Below the pieces are notes generated by a model. It saw nothing but the letters and a program-made list of their open reading frames with translations. It ran no database searches and had not been told where the DNA came from. This document shows, piece after piece, positions 29,792 to 44,119 of a DNA stretch of 64,000 nt (its first letter is position 1; every line of letters starts with the position of its first letter). Origin of the DNA: Octopus vulgaris (Eukaryota). The stretch is from assembly GCA_951406725.2 (NCBI GenBank), contig OX597840.1, positions 38,378,001 through 38,442,000 on the forward strand, in the 5' to 3' direction. A program made the translations under genes and the position numbers.

Positions 29792-30107
29792 TGTATGTGC
29801 GTATGCTTGTGTGTTTGTGAATTTATGTGTATTTGTATGGTTAAGCCGGCCCCGAACATCCGCTTGACAACCGATGACGGTGTGTTTACGTCCTGTATCA
29901 AAAGGATGCGACGAAAAGAAGGATAGAATAATAGGCTTACAAACAACAAGTTCCCGGGGGGGATTGCACAATATAAAAGCAGTACTCAACAGCATGTACA
30001 GCATGTATTTAAAACAATAAGTGTATACCTAAACCGAAACATTCCTACTGGCGTACGTGACTCTCCCCTTGTCTCTCACACATATTCTCACGTTTCCATG
30101 CATATAT

Positions 30108-30255
30108 CGCGCAGGAGTGGCTGTGTGGTAAGTAGCTTGCTTACCAACCACATGCTCCCAACAGGCCACATTGAATAAGTGTTTTCCAACATAACCTCGG
30201 TACCACCAAATAGTTAGGAGTGGAATTCGTAGACGGAAACCGAAACAAGCCCCTC

Positions 30256-30335
<80 letters not shown>

Positions 30336-30556
30336 GCATATGCTTGTGTGTTTGTGAATTTATGTGTATTTGTGGTTGGCCCCGAACATCGCTTGACAGC
30401 CGATGACGGTGTCTTTACGTCCTGTATCGGGGTGCTGCGACGAAAGAGAAGGATAGAATAATAGGCTTACAAACAACAAGTTCCGGGGGAGATTACTACG
30501 AGTAAAAGCCAGTACTCCAGCATGGCCGCAGTCAATTGACTAAAACAAGTAAAAGT
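30108..30556 (+). mobile_element. SINE family A with internal (TA)n
   Basis: GCGCAGGAGTGGCTGTGTGGTAAGTAGCTTGC head and CAGCATGGCCGCAGTCAATTGACTAAAACAAGTAAAAG tail. Confidence 0.85.
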
Positions 30557-30573
30557 GTATATATAAATATACA

Positions 30574-30609
<36 letters not shown>

Positions 30610-31258
30610 TATACACTTTTATATGTATATAAATGTACTTGCACGTATTTGTGAATATATATATATATAAATATATATACATATAAATATGAATATATGT
30701 ATATATAAATATATATACAAATATATATATGTATGTATGTATGTATGCATATATATATCCATATATATATGTATACATATATATATATATATATATATAC
30801 ATATATATACATATATATATTAAACAAATTATAGATTATTTGGAAAAAGGTCAGCGATGAAACGGATATCATGTTGCGTAACACTTGCAAGCCTGCACGT
30901 GTATTTAGTTAGTATTTAAGTTTGTTTTTTGGTGGGTTGATATATAAAGTTGATCAGGTTTTGGGAAAACTTATTACATTTATTTATAGAATTATATTTC
31001 ACCTGAAATATTGAAATTAGTAATTTAAATGGATGAGAAATAGTAAGTACGTCTGAAATGGATAAAAACTCATACTTTTATACATATATATTTATACATC
31101 CATATATATATATATCTTTATAGATTCACATATATATATATATAAACATGTATGTATATATATGTATACTTATATATACATATATATATATGTGTGTGTG
31201 TGTGTGTAGTTACATATATATATATATATGTATGTACATGTATATATCTATCTATCTA

Positions 31259-31294
<36 letters not shown>

Positions 31295-31359
31295 CACACA
31301 AACGCAGACTCACACGTATACACATACACGCATAGTTTAGATATTTGTCCCCACATCTT

Positions 31360-32300
<941 letters not shown>

Positions 32301-33499
32301 AAATAATAATAATAATAATTAATAATTTCTTAAATAATAGAACTGTATTAATGAATAATAATTTCTTGACCATTTGTTGAAGTGTTTGGTTGTTGACGTA
32401 TTCTACAACAAACAACGTTAACTATGTCACTACAAATCGTAACAGCGATTGTTAAATCAGAGATTACAAGTGTGTGTTGCGCATGAACCAGCGAACAGCC
32501 TCAGACAAGCTATTTGGTAATTTCGAAATAACATAATGGAACCATGTTATGATGATCTTTATATTCTTGCAGCAAAACAGAAATATGAATGCATATAAAA
32601 CGTTGTACCTTATTTTGGCCTGCAAGTCATACAGCGCTGATATCAGATTTTATCAGGAATTAAATTTATCGATGCACGAAAATGAAAAAAGCAGAAAAAA
32701 TATTAGTTCCGGTAAAAAATACCAAAAAAAAAAAACATAATTAAATAACTACATGAAAATAAATATAGTAAATTCGAAATCTTAGCGGAAGATGAAATAT
32801 TTTGCGCGATTTCTTTGCTTCTGGAACATTCTGTTACCGACCTCGATATTATGTAAGGAAAATTAGGTGTATGGTAATATATGAAGCAAAATTTTAAAGG
32901 TTTTCCGGTTCAGAAATAATTAGAAAATCATATTTACCTATTCTGCACGAGAATTTAAGAATTATCTCTCGTGTTTGAACATTTTCTTCTAAGGCGAAAA
33001 AATATAATCATTGCTCTTAGCAACACAGCTGTCAAATGCATGGGTATTTTTTAAATTTATTTATCTGAGAACAGCATGAAAGTTTCCTCTACAATCATTG
33101 AACAAATTCTAAATTCTGCATTCTAAATTTATAATTATTTTAATGTTTAGCGCAGTGTGCTGGCACAATCGCTAGCGAAACGAACACGATTTTTTTTTTG
33201 TTTTAAAGTTCTGAGTTCAAATCTTGTTATGGTCAACTTTGTCTTTCATACATTCGACTAGCCGCCTATACAGTCCTTGCTTCTAGTAGAAATGATTATA
33301 ATTTAAAGGATTCCAAAAACACTGGGATGAATGGAATTAGTAGTCAATGAATTCGAAGAAACTTTCTGAATATGCATATTTGGCATTGGAATGGTTTTTC
33401 TTTTGCCCTTGTTTATAAGTTATATATATATATATATATATATATACCCCTTTAAATCATTAGTACACCTGACCATTGATTGGATGTCACCTGATGCGA

Positions 33500-33790
33500 C
33501 AGGGTGGTCTGAGGATGTCTGTTTTAACGTTTCACATCCTTTGAGAGACAGGATTTATCTGATGAGCATCTTATCGGGAAGCGACAATTACGTATTGAAA
33601 CGTGGGAGCGTGGTTGCCTTTGTTTAAGCATTTAATGTTCAAAGCATTATACCAGACAGAAAACTTCAGGTTCAGTGGTTTTAAAGAGTTCATGAAAGCT
33701 ACAGATTCTTGGGAAATGCACTTCAATTAGCATGGGGAATCGCCTAACTTTAGGAATGGGAGATTAAGCCAAATCATCTGACTTTCTCTG
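33500..33790 (-). mobile_element. Penelope-like element ORF relic (RT to GIY-YIG linker)
   Basis: Minus frames QMIWLNLPF / RRFPMLIEVHFPRICSFHELFK / RNCRFPIRCSSDKSCLSKDV resemble the IIWFNPP...FL.LIDKHFP...LHK.F...CNCR....CPL...CL signature. Confidence 0.55.
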
Positions 33791-34187
33791 CCTAAGGAAT
33801 AGGAATATCGAGCGATGAGGAGGTAGGTCAAACTGTGACGTAATACATTCATATATGGACGTATGCGCTAGTGTGAGTTTGTGTGTGTTCTTGTGTGAAC
33901 GCATACAGGTTGATATTCATTTATGCATACATAAATTCAATCGAATATATGAATGTATATGTATGTGTATACATAATTGTATGTATGATGGATGTATATA
34001 TACATACTTACACATCTTTTAATATATATAGATATATAGGTATATATATGTGTGTATATTTATATATAAATATATATCGTTAATTCTGTACACATACACG
34101 TATTCATACATGTCCATATGTATTTTTTTTCGGTTGTTTCAGCTCAGAGCTGCGGCCATGCTGATGCACCGCCGTTTTGCGCTACAC

Positions 34188-34231
<44 letters not shown>

Positions 34232-34240
34232 GCACACACG

Positions 34241-34344
<104 letters not shown>

Positions 34345-34931
34345 AATGATATCACAATATGTTATAGACACGTAATCTAATGCTTTACGAGTATAAGTGA
34401 AGAATCCATTTTTTTTCTTCATTCCACTAGAAATACGCTAGAAATCTTTAATGACTGCAGTAAACTAGTTTAATTAATCAGAAAGATGTGTCTATTTTGT
34501 TAGAAGCAAATTTTTACCATATTTTTCTTTTCTTCAAACATAACCTTCCATAGCTTCTCATTCAAACGTTCTCTCATTCCGTTATTCCATTACTCGCTCT
34601 CGCTTTCTCCTTATCTTCATATTATATCACGTCCGTATAATCTAAAAGTGAATATGGTTGTCTGTTGTTTTGTTTAGTTTTGTTTTGGATTCAACATATC
34701 TCCAGGACATTAAACTAACTTGTTTATTTCTCAAAACACACATCAATGGAGAATTTGAAGTGAGAAATTTGAAAAAAAAAAGAAAACTATAATTATATTT
34801 TTTAAAAAAATTAACAAAATTTCATGTTCTTCCTAATTAGTTGTAGGTACGCCTGTTTGCGAGTTGTATATATATATATATATGTTGTATATATATGCGC
34901 CTGTTTGCGTGTTGTATATATATATATATGT

Positions 34932-35032
<101 letters not shown>

Positions 35033-35106
35033 GTGTGTGTCTATATATGTATATTTTATATATATATATACATGCATACGCTGTCTCTTCGTACATGAGT
35101 GATAAT

Positions 35107-35148
<42 letters not shown>

Positions 35149-35628
35149 TATGTGGGTGTGGGTGTGGGTAGGTGGGTGATTGGGTGTGTTTGTTTCTATG
35201 GTATTTGTATGCCCGTGTAGTGCGGACCATGTTCAATACAGCTTAAACATTGTTTTACTTGTCCGAATGCGTCTTAGTTCAACAAGCTAAAGAAACGAAT
35301 TGTTATGAAACTAATCAGTTTTATTCGTGTTGTACAGTTTTATTCGTGTTGTTAAACTCCGATCTCTGCAAAACAAAACTCTGCAAAACAAAACTTGTCC
35401 CCACTGGTTCATTTTGCACTCCCGATGAACTTTGAATGGCGCCCAAAGAAATGATGTAAATGCAATACATAAGTGTAGGCGTGGGCATGAGTTAAGAAGT
35501 CCTCTTCCGAACCACGCGGTTCAACGTTCCATCCAACCACGTTGAACGTTGATCAAGTTTCCCCTAGCTCGGGCCAAGCAAAACTTTGTGCGTAGATTTG
35601 GTGGAAACCGAAAGAAGCTCATCGTATG

Positions 35629-35682
<54 letters not shown>

Positions 35683-35901
35683 TATGTATACATATGTATG
35701 TATGTATGTATGTGTGTATGTATAATAAGAGTAGGAATTTAGAAACGCTCTCATACCGGTCGCTAGAATGCGTAATAAAGACAATAGAAAACATACTTTC
35801 ATATACGATAGTGTACAAACAATTTAAGTATTTACACACAAAAGAAGGGACCTTTGACAGGACACACCTTTCGTATACAAATACTTAAATTGTTTTTACC
35901 C

Positions 35902-35944
<43 letters not shown>

Positions 35945-36489
35945 TATTCAAGCTCCAGTATTTTAATTATAGTTGGAATATATTTAGTGGAGTGTAAGTG
36001 AGAGGCCGATAAACTTCAACTACATGGTCACCATGGTTTCTGCTACATGGTTACTACGGTATCTGTGGTTTTGTTTTTGTCTCTTCTTTGTCGAATAAGT
36101 TTCAGAGGCGCACAAAATGAATTAGGAGTCGATTGGGGCCTCAATTATTGCAATTGAAATAAGGTTAATGAATGAAGATACATTGGTATGGAGGAGGGCT
36201 ATGTTATAGGGACGTAAAGAAACCAATGACTGTTGTCAAGCGATCATGGGGGGCATACACACATACACACACATATAATTCGACGGGCTTATTTCAGTTT
36301 TGGTCTACTATAGCCACTCACAAGTCTTTGGTTTTCCAGAGGCAATAGCTGAACACACTTACCCAAATAGCCACGCAGTGAGATTGAACCTGAAGCGATA
36401 TAAAAGTAAACATGATCAGCATCATTTTCGTTTTCCTTTGACGGCTCAGTAACCCTTGTTTCAAAGAAGACACCGTGGCGTATGAGTGG

Positions 36490-36808
36490 TGGTACGTGGC
36501 TTAGTGTTTGTGGTATTCGGCTCACAATCGTAACGTCGTGAGTTCGATTACGGGCAGTGCCTCGTGTCCTTGAGCAAGACACTTTATTTCACGTTGCTCT
36601 AGTTTCCTCATCTGGCAAAACGAGTTGTACCTCTAATTCCGATGGCCAGCATTGGCACATTCTGTATCACACTCAATTTCAACGAGAACCACTTTAAGGG
36701 TACGTGTTTCTGTGGTAAGCTCAACCACTTGAAAGTTCATTTCAAACCGCAGGCTATTCTGATGATCGGATCGATCGGACAAATCGTCGTCGTAACTGAC
36801 GGAGGAAC
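36490..36808 (+). mobile_element. tRNA-derived SINE family B, full length
   Basis: TGGCTTAGTG (A-box-like), GAGTTCGATTAC (B-box-like), then the same body as 23350-23617. Confidence 0.85.
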
Positions 36809-37399
36809 AATTTGTGTATTGAGAGACATTTCGTTGCTTTTTCCATAAGAGACGGAGTGAGGGCAGCTGGGTTTCTTTTCTTTATTGATAGGTAAACGGA
36901 TCGGCAGGAACGCATATGCGTATATATGTGTGGTTGTATGTGCACATTTTAGAATGCGTCTGTGTTAGTGTTCGTGTGTATGTGTGTCTGTGTGTGTGTG
37001 TGTGCGTGTGTTAATATATCTGTGTGATTATGCTAATGTCCGAGTGTGGTTTTAACCAAAACAATCTGGATATTGGCAATGGAAACGCGTGTAATGGATA
37101 CGTTGGCAATAGAAGAAATGGAAGATGGCTTGTTCTGATAATGAGGTTTAGTAGGTGTGAGATTTGTGGAGGGAAATCTGAGCGAAGCGGTCACTACCCA
37201 CCTCCCCACCTTTATAAGGATCGAGAGCTAGGTTGGCCTACAAATACCTAAATATATACACACATGCATACATACATGTGCGTATGCATGTGTGTGTGTT
37301 TGGTGCAGGCTTTGTGTGTGGGGAGCTGAAGCATTAATTAATGTTTTCTGCTGGAACGGAGAGAGTTGTGGAATAGGGCGGTGGCGAAGAGGATTAAGA

Positions 37400-37817
37400 A
37401 CACGAAGGAGGAGGAGGAGGAGGAGGAGGAGGGGGAAGAGGAGAGGGGAAGAAGAAGAAGTGGTGCAGGAGGAGGAGGTGGTGGAGGAGGAAGAAGTGGT
37501 GGAGGAGGAGGAGAAGAGGGAAAAACATGAAGTCAAAGAAGGATGAAGGAGGAGGGGGAGAAGACAGAAGTGGAGGAAAGGAAGAACGGCAACAACAAGA
37601 AGACGAAGGAAGATGAAGGAGAAAAAAATGAAGATGAAGGAAAATTAAGAAGGAGGAGGAGGAGGAAGATGAAAGAAGGAGGAGGAGGCGTGAAAAAGGA
37701 AAAGGAGGAGAGGTAGAAGAAGAAGAAGATACGGAGGATAAGGAAAGATGAAGGAGGAGAATGGAGAAGAAGGAGAAGAAGAAGAAGAGGAGGAGGGGGA
37801 GGCAGAAGAAGAAGAAG

Positions 37818-37849
<32 letters not shown>

Positions 37850-37985
37850 GGAGAAGAAGAAGTAGGAGAAGAAGAAGTAGGAGAAGAAGAAGAGGAGGAG
37901 GAGGAGGAAGTAGGAGGAGGAGAAGAAGAAGAAGAAGAAGAAGAAGAAGAAGAAGAAGAAGAAGAAGAAGAAGAAGAAGACGACC
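37400..37985. repeat. Long polypurine (GGA/GAA)n tract
   Basis: Read directly; similar tracts at 20912-21135, 27500-27650 and 40375-40490. Confidence 0.9.
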
Positions 37986-38618
37986 TGAAATGAGAGGAGG
38001 AAGTATGGCAGCAGTGAAAGAAAATGTATGGGAATACTTAGCAGGAATGATTCTAAGAAAGACGGGGCTGCGTCGCGGTGTTGGTGATATTGTTGTTGTT
38101 GATGATGACGATGGTGATGATGATGATGCTGTTGTCGGTGTCTTCAATGGCTCCGTGGTTGGGGACATGTCGGGTGGGCGGGTTCGGCCTACTGGTAATA
38201 ATCTTAGGGATTAGCAATATCTTACAGTTTTGGACAATGGAATTAAATGAAGATTTCTCTTTGGAAGTGGCCCTGCGTGAAGAAAAAGAACGACAACGGA
38301 TGAGTGTCGTCGACGTGAAAGATGTTGGGGGGGAGCGACGGTGGGAAGGAAGCGATGGGGGAAGAAGGCAGCATTTCCCATTAGCGCCAAGAGTCAATAG
38401 AGAAGATTAACCATAATATTCCGTTAGATGTTTGGTAAGGCAGAACTAGAAAGAAATAGAAACGCATGTGCAATTCAATCGTGTATCCATATTAGGTTAT
38501 TGACCAATAAACCATTAATTGCTGTACAAGGTTTCAATCCAATAAATGCCACCACCACAGAATGGCTGCGTATTTATATATATATATATATATTCATGTA
38601 TTTGCCTATATGTGGCTG

Positions 38619-38718
<100 letters not shown>

Positions 38719-38881
38719 TACATACATATGTATATAACTATATATATATAAACAGCAACATATACAAATACATGAATATATAGACATAGATGTGCATATA
38801 TATATATATATGCGTGTGTGTGTGTATGTATGTGTGTGCGTGTGTGTGTATATACATACGTGTATATGTACGTGAATGTAT

Positions 38882-38918
<37 letters not shown>

Positions 38919-39649
38919 CAAACATGTATATTTGCGTGAATGTTTATATATATATATACATGCTTTTATACATTTGTGTATACGCGTGTGAAGAAGTATA
39001 TATATGATTAGGTATAAATGTATGCATCCCTATATATGTGTGTATATGTGTGTGCGCCTATATATATATGCTTCAGATATCTGCGTATAAATGTATGTAT
39101 ATGTATGTGTTCATGTATACCTGTTTGCATTCGTACATATGTGTATATGTGTGTGAACATATCTGTATGTATTCATATGTTTACCTGTGTGTGTGTGTGT
39201 GTGTGTGTGTGAATATAAATGTAAGTGTTCAAGTATATGTGTATATGCGTGCGAACGTATAAGAATATATTCATGTATTTGCGTATATGTGTGTGTATAT
39301 ATATATACATGCGTATGTGTTCATATGTATGTGTTGGCATGTGTCAATACATATGTGACCATATGTATATATTAACATCACGAACATACAGCTGTGCAGA
39401 CATGTATAATTATACATACTTGCGTGAGGGGGGGGTGCGTGGGTGAGTATACAAGTTTGTGTATGCGCATGCGTGTTGCACAATGTAATATAAATATTAT
39501 ATAACTCAGATCTATAAATGCATATGTATATCGATTGTATCAATCAATCAATCAATCAATCCGGCTAGCTACCTCTCTCTCTCACTGTGTATATGTGTGT
39601 ATATGCATATATACGTGCATATACACACATATATACATATATATATGAA

Positions 39650-39701
<52 letters not shown>

Positions 39702-39722
39702 TATTTACATAATTATATATGT

Positions 39723-39790
<68 letters not shown>

Positions 39791-39940
39791 GTATATATAT
39801 ACATACAAACATACATACAATTACATATAAAACATAAACAGATGAGTAGACACTCACACACTCACGAATATGTTTAGACACACAGACTAGCACACGCAGT
39901 CATTCTTATAGATTTATAGATGAAGGCATAAAAGTGTAAT

Positions 39941-40021
<81 letters not shown>

Positions 40022-40118
40022 TAAATATAGTATATATATATATATATGCATGTATTTATGTATATGTATATATGTATATGTATGTGAGTATACGTATGCT
40101 AGTGTACATATGTGTATG

Positions 40119-40178
<60 letters not shown>

Positions 40179-40983
40179 TGTATTCATACGCTTCTCGGTG
40201 CCTTTGCATGTATACATAGGTGTAATTGTTTTTGTATGTGTGTGTATACATATATGTAAGTGTGTGTATGTGTGTGTGTGTATGTGTTTGCCTGTGTGTG
40301 TGTGTGTCTTTGTGTATAGCAATGCAAGCCTTCTGGCAGATACACAGACCGATGCGTAAGAAGCACATTAATCGAAAGAGAAGAGGAAGAAGGAGAAAGA
40401 AGAAAGAATATAAGAAGAAGAAGAAGGAGAAGAAGAAAAAGAAAAAGAAAAAGAAGAAGAAGAAAAAGAAGAAGAGGAGGAGAGGAGGAATTAAGAACAT
40501 ATGAATGGTTATTACTGCTGATCTAATCAAAGATGAAGATATTTAAGTTCCAAAGGCAGTAGAAAGATGAAAAAGTTTTTCTTTGAGCGAAGGTAGAGAA
40601 ATCCGCCGAAAGCTGAATGCTGGTTATTGTGCGTCCAATCAAACTTTGATAATGAGATGACATTAGAATGGGTTTCACTGAAATAAACTTCTGAACCTGC
40701 ATGGCGATATATCAGACAAGAAGACAGTCGGATGCAGCACGAGAAATATAATCATTACGAATCTAGTTTGAATCAGCCACGATAAATTACTTATTTATCG
40801 GAATTTTCTTCCTTAAAGCAGTTTCTTTTCACACATGAATCTGTGTTAAATTTGCGTTTCATCAAATATTCTTTGAAAATATAGTGCTTTGCTCAAATAC
40901 ACCCAGAGATGGACAGAGATGGAGAAACACACATAAACAAGATCACACAAGCACTTTATTGCATATATGTATATATATACATA

Positions 40984-41092
<109 letters not shown>

Positions 41093-41244
41093 GGCGCGTA
41101 CAGATGTGCATGTATATATGATGTGTGTGAGTGAGTATAATATATAGGTATACATACACATATAAGCGTGTGCATGGAAGTATATATATATATATATATA
41201 TTTATATTTATCTATCTATCTCTGTTCACATATATCTACACACA

Positions 41245-41311
<67 letters not shown>

Positions 41312-41359
41312 CATATATATATATATATATACACACACATATATATATATGTATGTATG

Positions 41360-41390
<31 letters not shown>

Positions 41391-42082
41391 CATATTGGCA
41401 TAGACACACGTGCATACACATACATATCCATGTATGTATATATATGTAGATTTTGAGTCAGCTTGTGAGCCTTTGCGTATGTATGCACATTAAGATTTAA
41501 CGTTCGTTATTCAATAATTCTCCCAGATAAACTAAAATTGCAGTGTTTAGGTGATGAGAATTTATTTACTATAAAACCTCCGATATCTATTTAAGCACCC
41601 CGACATTTATTCCCCTCAGTGGAGCACACAAAATGTATCTTTCACTACTTTTATGAGACATTTATTTTTCTTCATGGCTACATAAAGCGACCTCTTCTTT
41701 CGTTTTCCAATTTCTGCTCTATTTACACTTTCACCAGTTATAAAGCAAACAACGGACACCAACTGTGTAACTAAAACAAAGCGTTGTTTTTAGTTCAGCG
41801 ACAGTTGACCAAGTGGATATTCAGAAGAAGTTGAATATTGCGCCGCGAGGCCGAATCAACGACATGTTGCAAACCTTCTTTGTTCCGTAGCTGTTGATTA
41901 TCTACACCTTTTGTTGAATTTCTATTGACTTCAACCCATGGCATCTGCTACATTCTGAATTGCTATGAGCTATGATCGTTCAAATAACAATTCTAGATAA
42001 ATTAAAATGGCACGTCTTTCATTCATTTGTGGTGGAATAAAAGTCGAGGCGCTTGATTTGTACGTGCGTGTGTGTGTATACA

Positions 42083-42130
<48 letters not shown>

Positions 42131-42206
42131 TGTGTTTCTCTGTGCATATCTATCTATCTATTTATCTATCCACCTATCTTTATATATATATATATATATA
42201 TATATG

Positions 42207-42462
42207 TTCTTGAGCAAAGCACTTTATTTCACGTTGCTCCAGTTCACTCAGCTGTAGAAATGAGTTGCGACGTCACAGGTGCCAAGCTGTATCGACCTTT
42301 GTCTTTCCCTTGGATAACACTGGTGGCGTGGAGAGGGAGGCTGGTATGCATGGGCGACAGCTGGTCTTCCATAAACAACCTTGCCCGGACTTGTGTCTAA
42401 GAGGGTAACTTTCTAGGTGCAATCCCATGGTCATTCATGACCGAAGGGGGTCTTTACCCTTT
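42207..42462 (+). mobile_element. SINE sharing the family B core but with a different 3' half
   Basis: CTTGAGCAAAGCACTTTATTTCACGTTGCTCCAGTTCACTCAGCTG...AAATGAGTTG matches family B, then diverges (TGGAGAGGGAGGCTGGTATGCATGG...CATGGTCATTCATGACCG). Confidence 0.75.
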
Positions 42463-42484
42463 TATATATATATGTATATATATA

Positions 42485-42789
<305 letters not shown>

Positions 42790-42795
42790 CGTGTG

Positions 42796-43183
42796 TCGTT
42801 GAACCATATAGAAATTCAATATTTCTAATTATGGTGACGAGTGAATAAATTTAACGGTAAATATATATATTTCCGAGGGCTTGGTAAGTGTCACCGCTAC
42901 CGAGAACACGCTACCATGGACTGACGACGGGCAAGACCCAGAAACATGCATGTCTCCAGGTTGCTAGTTCTAGCTGGTGTGGGTGCTTGCCTCCCCCTTG
43001 CAAATATAAGGACACAGGAATGCGTCAAAGACGACAGGTAGCGTCGATACTTCCTAGGGCTATATAGCGGTGGTGTAATTCCCTCTACGGGACTGTCACA
43101 TTATGTTGACTTTATACAACCACTCTATCGCTCAACTACCGCTCATGTCTCGTTGAGACATTTAGAAATTCAATATTTCTAAT
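42796..43183 (+). mobile_element. Retrozyme-like element: 354-nt unit plus 34-bp terminal direct repeat
   Basis: Direct repeats at 42796-42829 and 43150-43183 (31 of 34 identical, offset 354). Internal HHR, multiple hairpins, no ORF; flanked by (TG)n and (TA)n. Confidence 0.65.
42910..42964 (+). ncRNA. Type I hammerhead ribozyme motif
   Basis: UGGA-CUGACGA(42921-42927)-C-GGG-CAAGA-CCC-A-GAAA(42941-42944)-CAUGCAUG-UC-UCCA. Stem III ACAUGCAUGU is palindromic; GUC triplet with cleavage 3' of C42954; stem I extends (GCUACC/GGUUGC, AGAAC/GUUCU). Confidence 0.8.
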
Positions 43184-43213
43184 ATATATATATACATACA
43201 TACATGAAATGAG

Positions 43214-43320
43214 TAACGCTGCGATGGACTGGCGTCCCGTCCAACTAGGGAACACATACGCCATTGAAACCGGGAAATCAGGCCCATGAAACCTGGCTAG
43301 GCTTTAAAAGTGCGCATTTA
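43214..43320 (+). mobile_element. SINE 3' fragment
   Basis: CTGCGATGGACTGGCGTCCCGTCCA resembles a conserved central segment of metazoan SINEs; flanked by TA-rich repeats. Confidence 0.45.
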
Positions 43321-44119
43321 TTATATATATATATATATACACAAAGCTACATATATATACACTTAGATTTTACAGTTGAATCTACAAACAAGATTGATCA
43401 AACGTATTCTGTTTTCAGTCTTAAATGATTGCAATGTACTCTTGATAATGAGGGCTTGGAATTCCCTGATGTTGTATGAATATTTATAGTGACATTCTAA
43501 CGATTGGTGCGAAGCATTGTATGTCTTGCTTTAAGAGGTTCTTCGTTATGTGTACGTTTTTTCTCTGCCAAGATTATATTAGTTTCAAATAATGAAATTT
43601 GCGTGGAAGATACGCGTGTTTATAGAGATAATACTTAACGTGATTATTGCATTGTAATCTTTTCTCTATCTATAAGACTGTTCGTGTATAATTAACACAC
43701 AATGTATGACTAACATATGTATGTGTGTGCACGTGCGTGTATGTGTGTGTGTGTAAGAAAGAAAAAGAAAGAGAGAAAGTGATGAAGAGTGTGTTTGTGT
43801 TTTTGTATCCGTATAAATTCACGCACAGGCACACGTGCAGGCACGTATATAGATTGATAGATACACAGACACACAGTAAGACAGACAAACAGACAGACAA
43901 ACGTACAGATAGAGAAATAGATAAACTTCGTAGCTCAATCGCTCCTACCAGTAATACCGGCGCCAACATAACTGTCACCATCAAAAGCACATCTACAATT
44001 AATATCACCGCTAACACCACAAACGGCAGCCATTGCTCCTACCACCATACACTGTCTCTATGGTCACCACCACCGGCAACGATAACTAACGCAATAATAA
44101 AAGGACACTAGTAGATGAT

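Noticed and set aside
28040-29949. Long ORFs (253-521 aa) of poly-His/Ile/Met/Asp
   Set aside because: They are open in several frames on both strands because CAT/CAC repeats lack stops there; no complex sequence or splice context.
33559-33610. CTGATGA...GAAACGT as a hammerhead
   Set aside because: Stems II and I do not pair; it lies antisense within the Penelope ORF relic.
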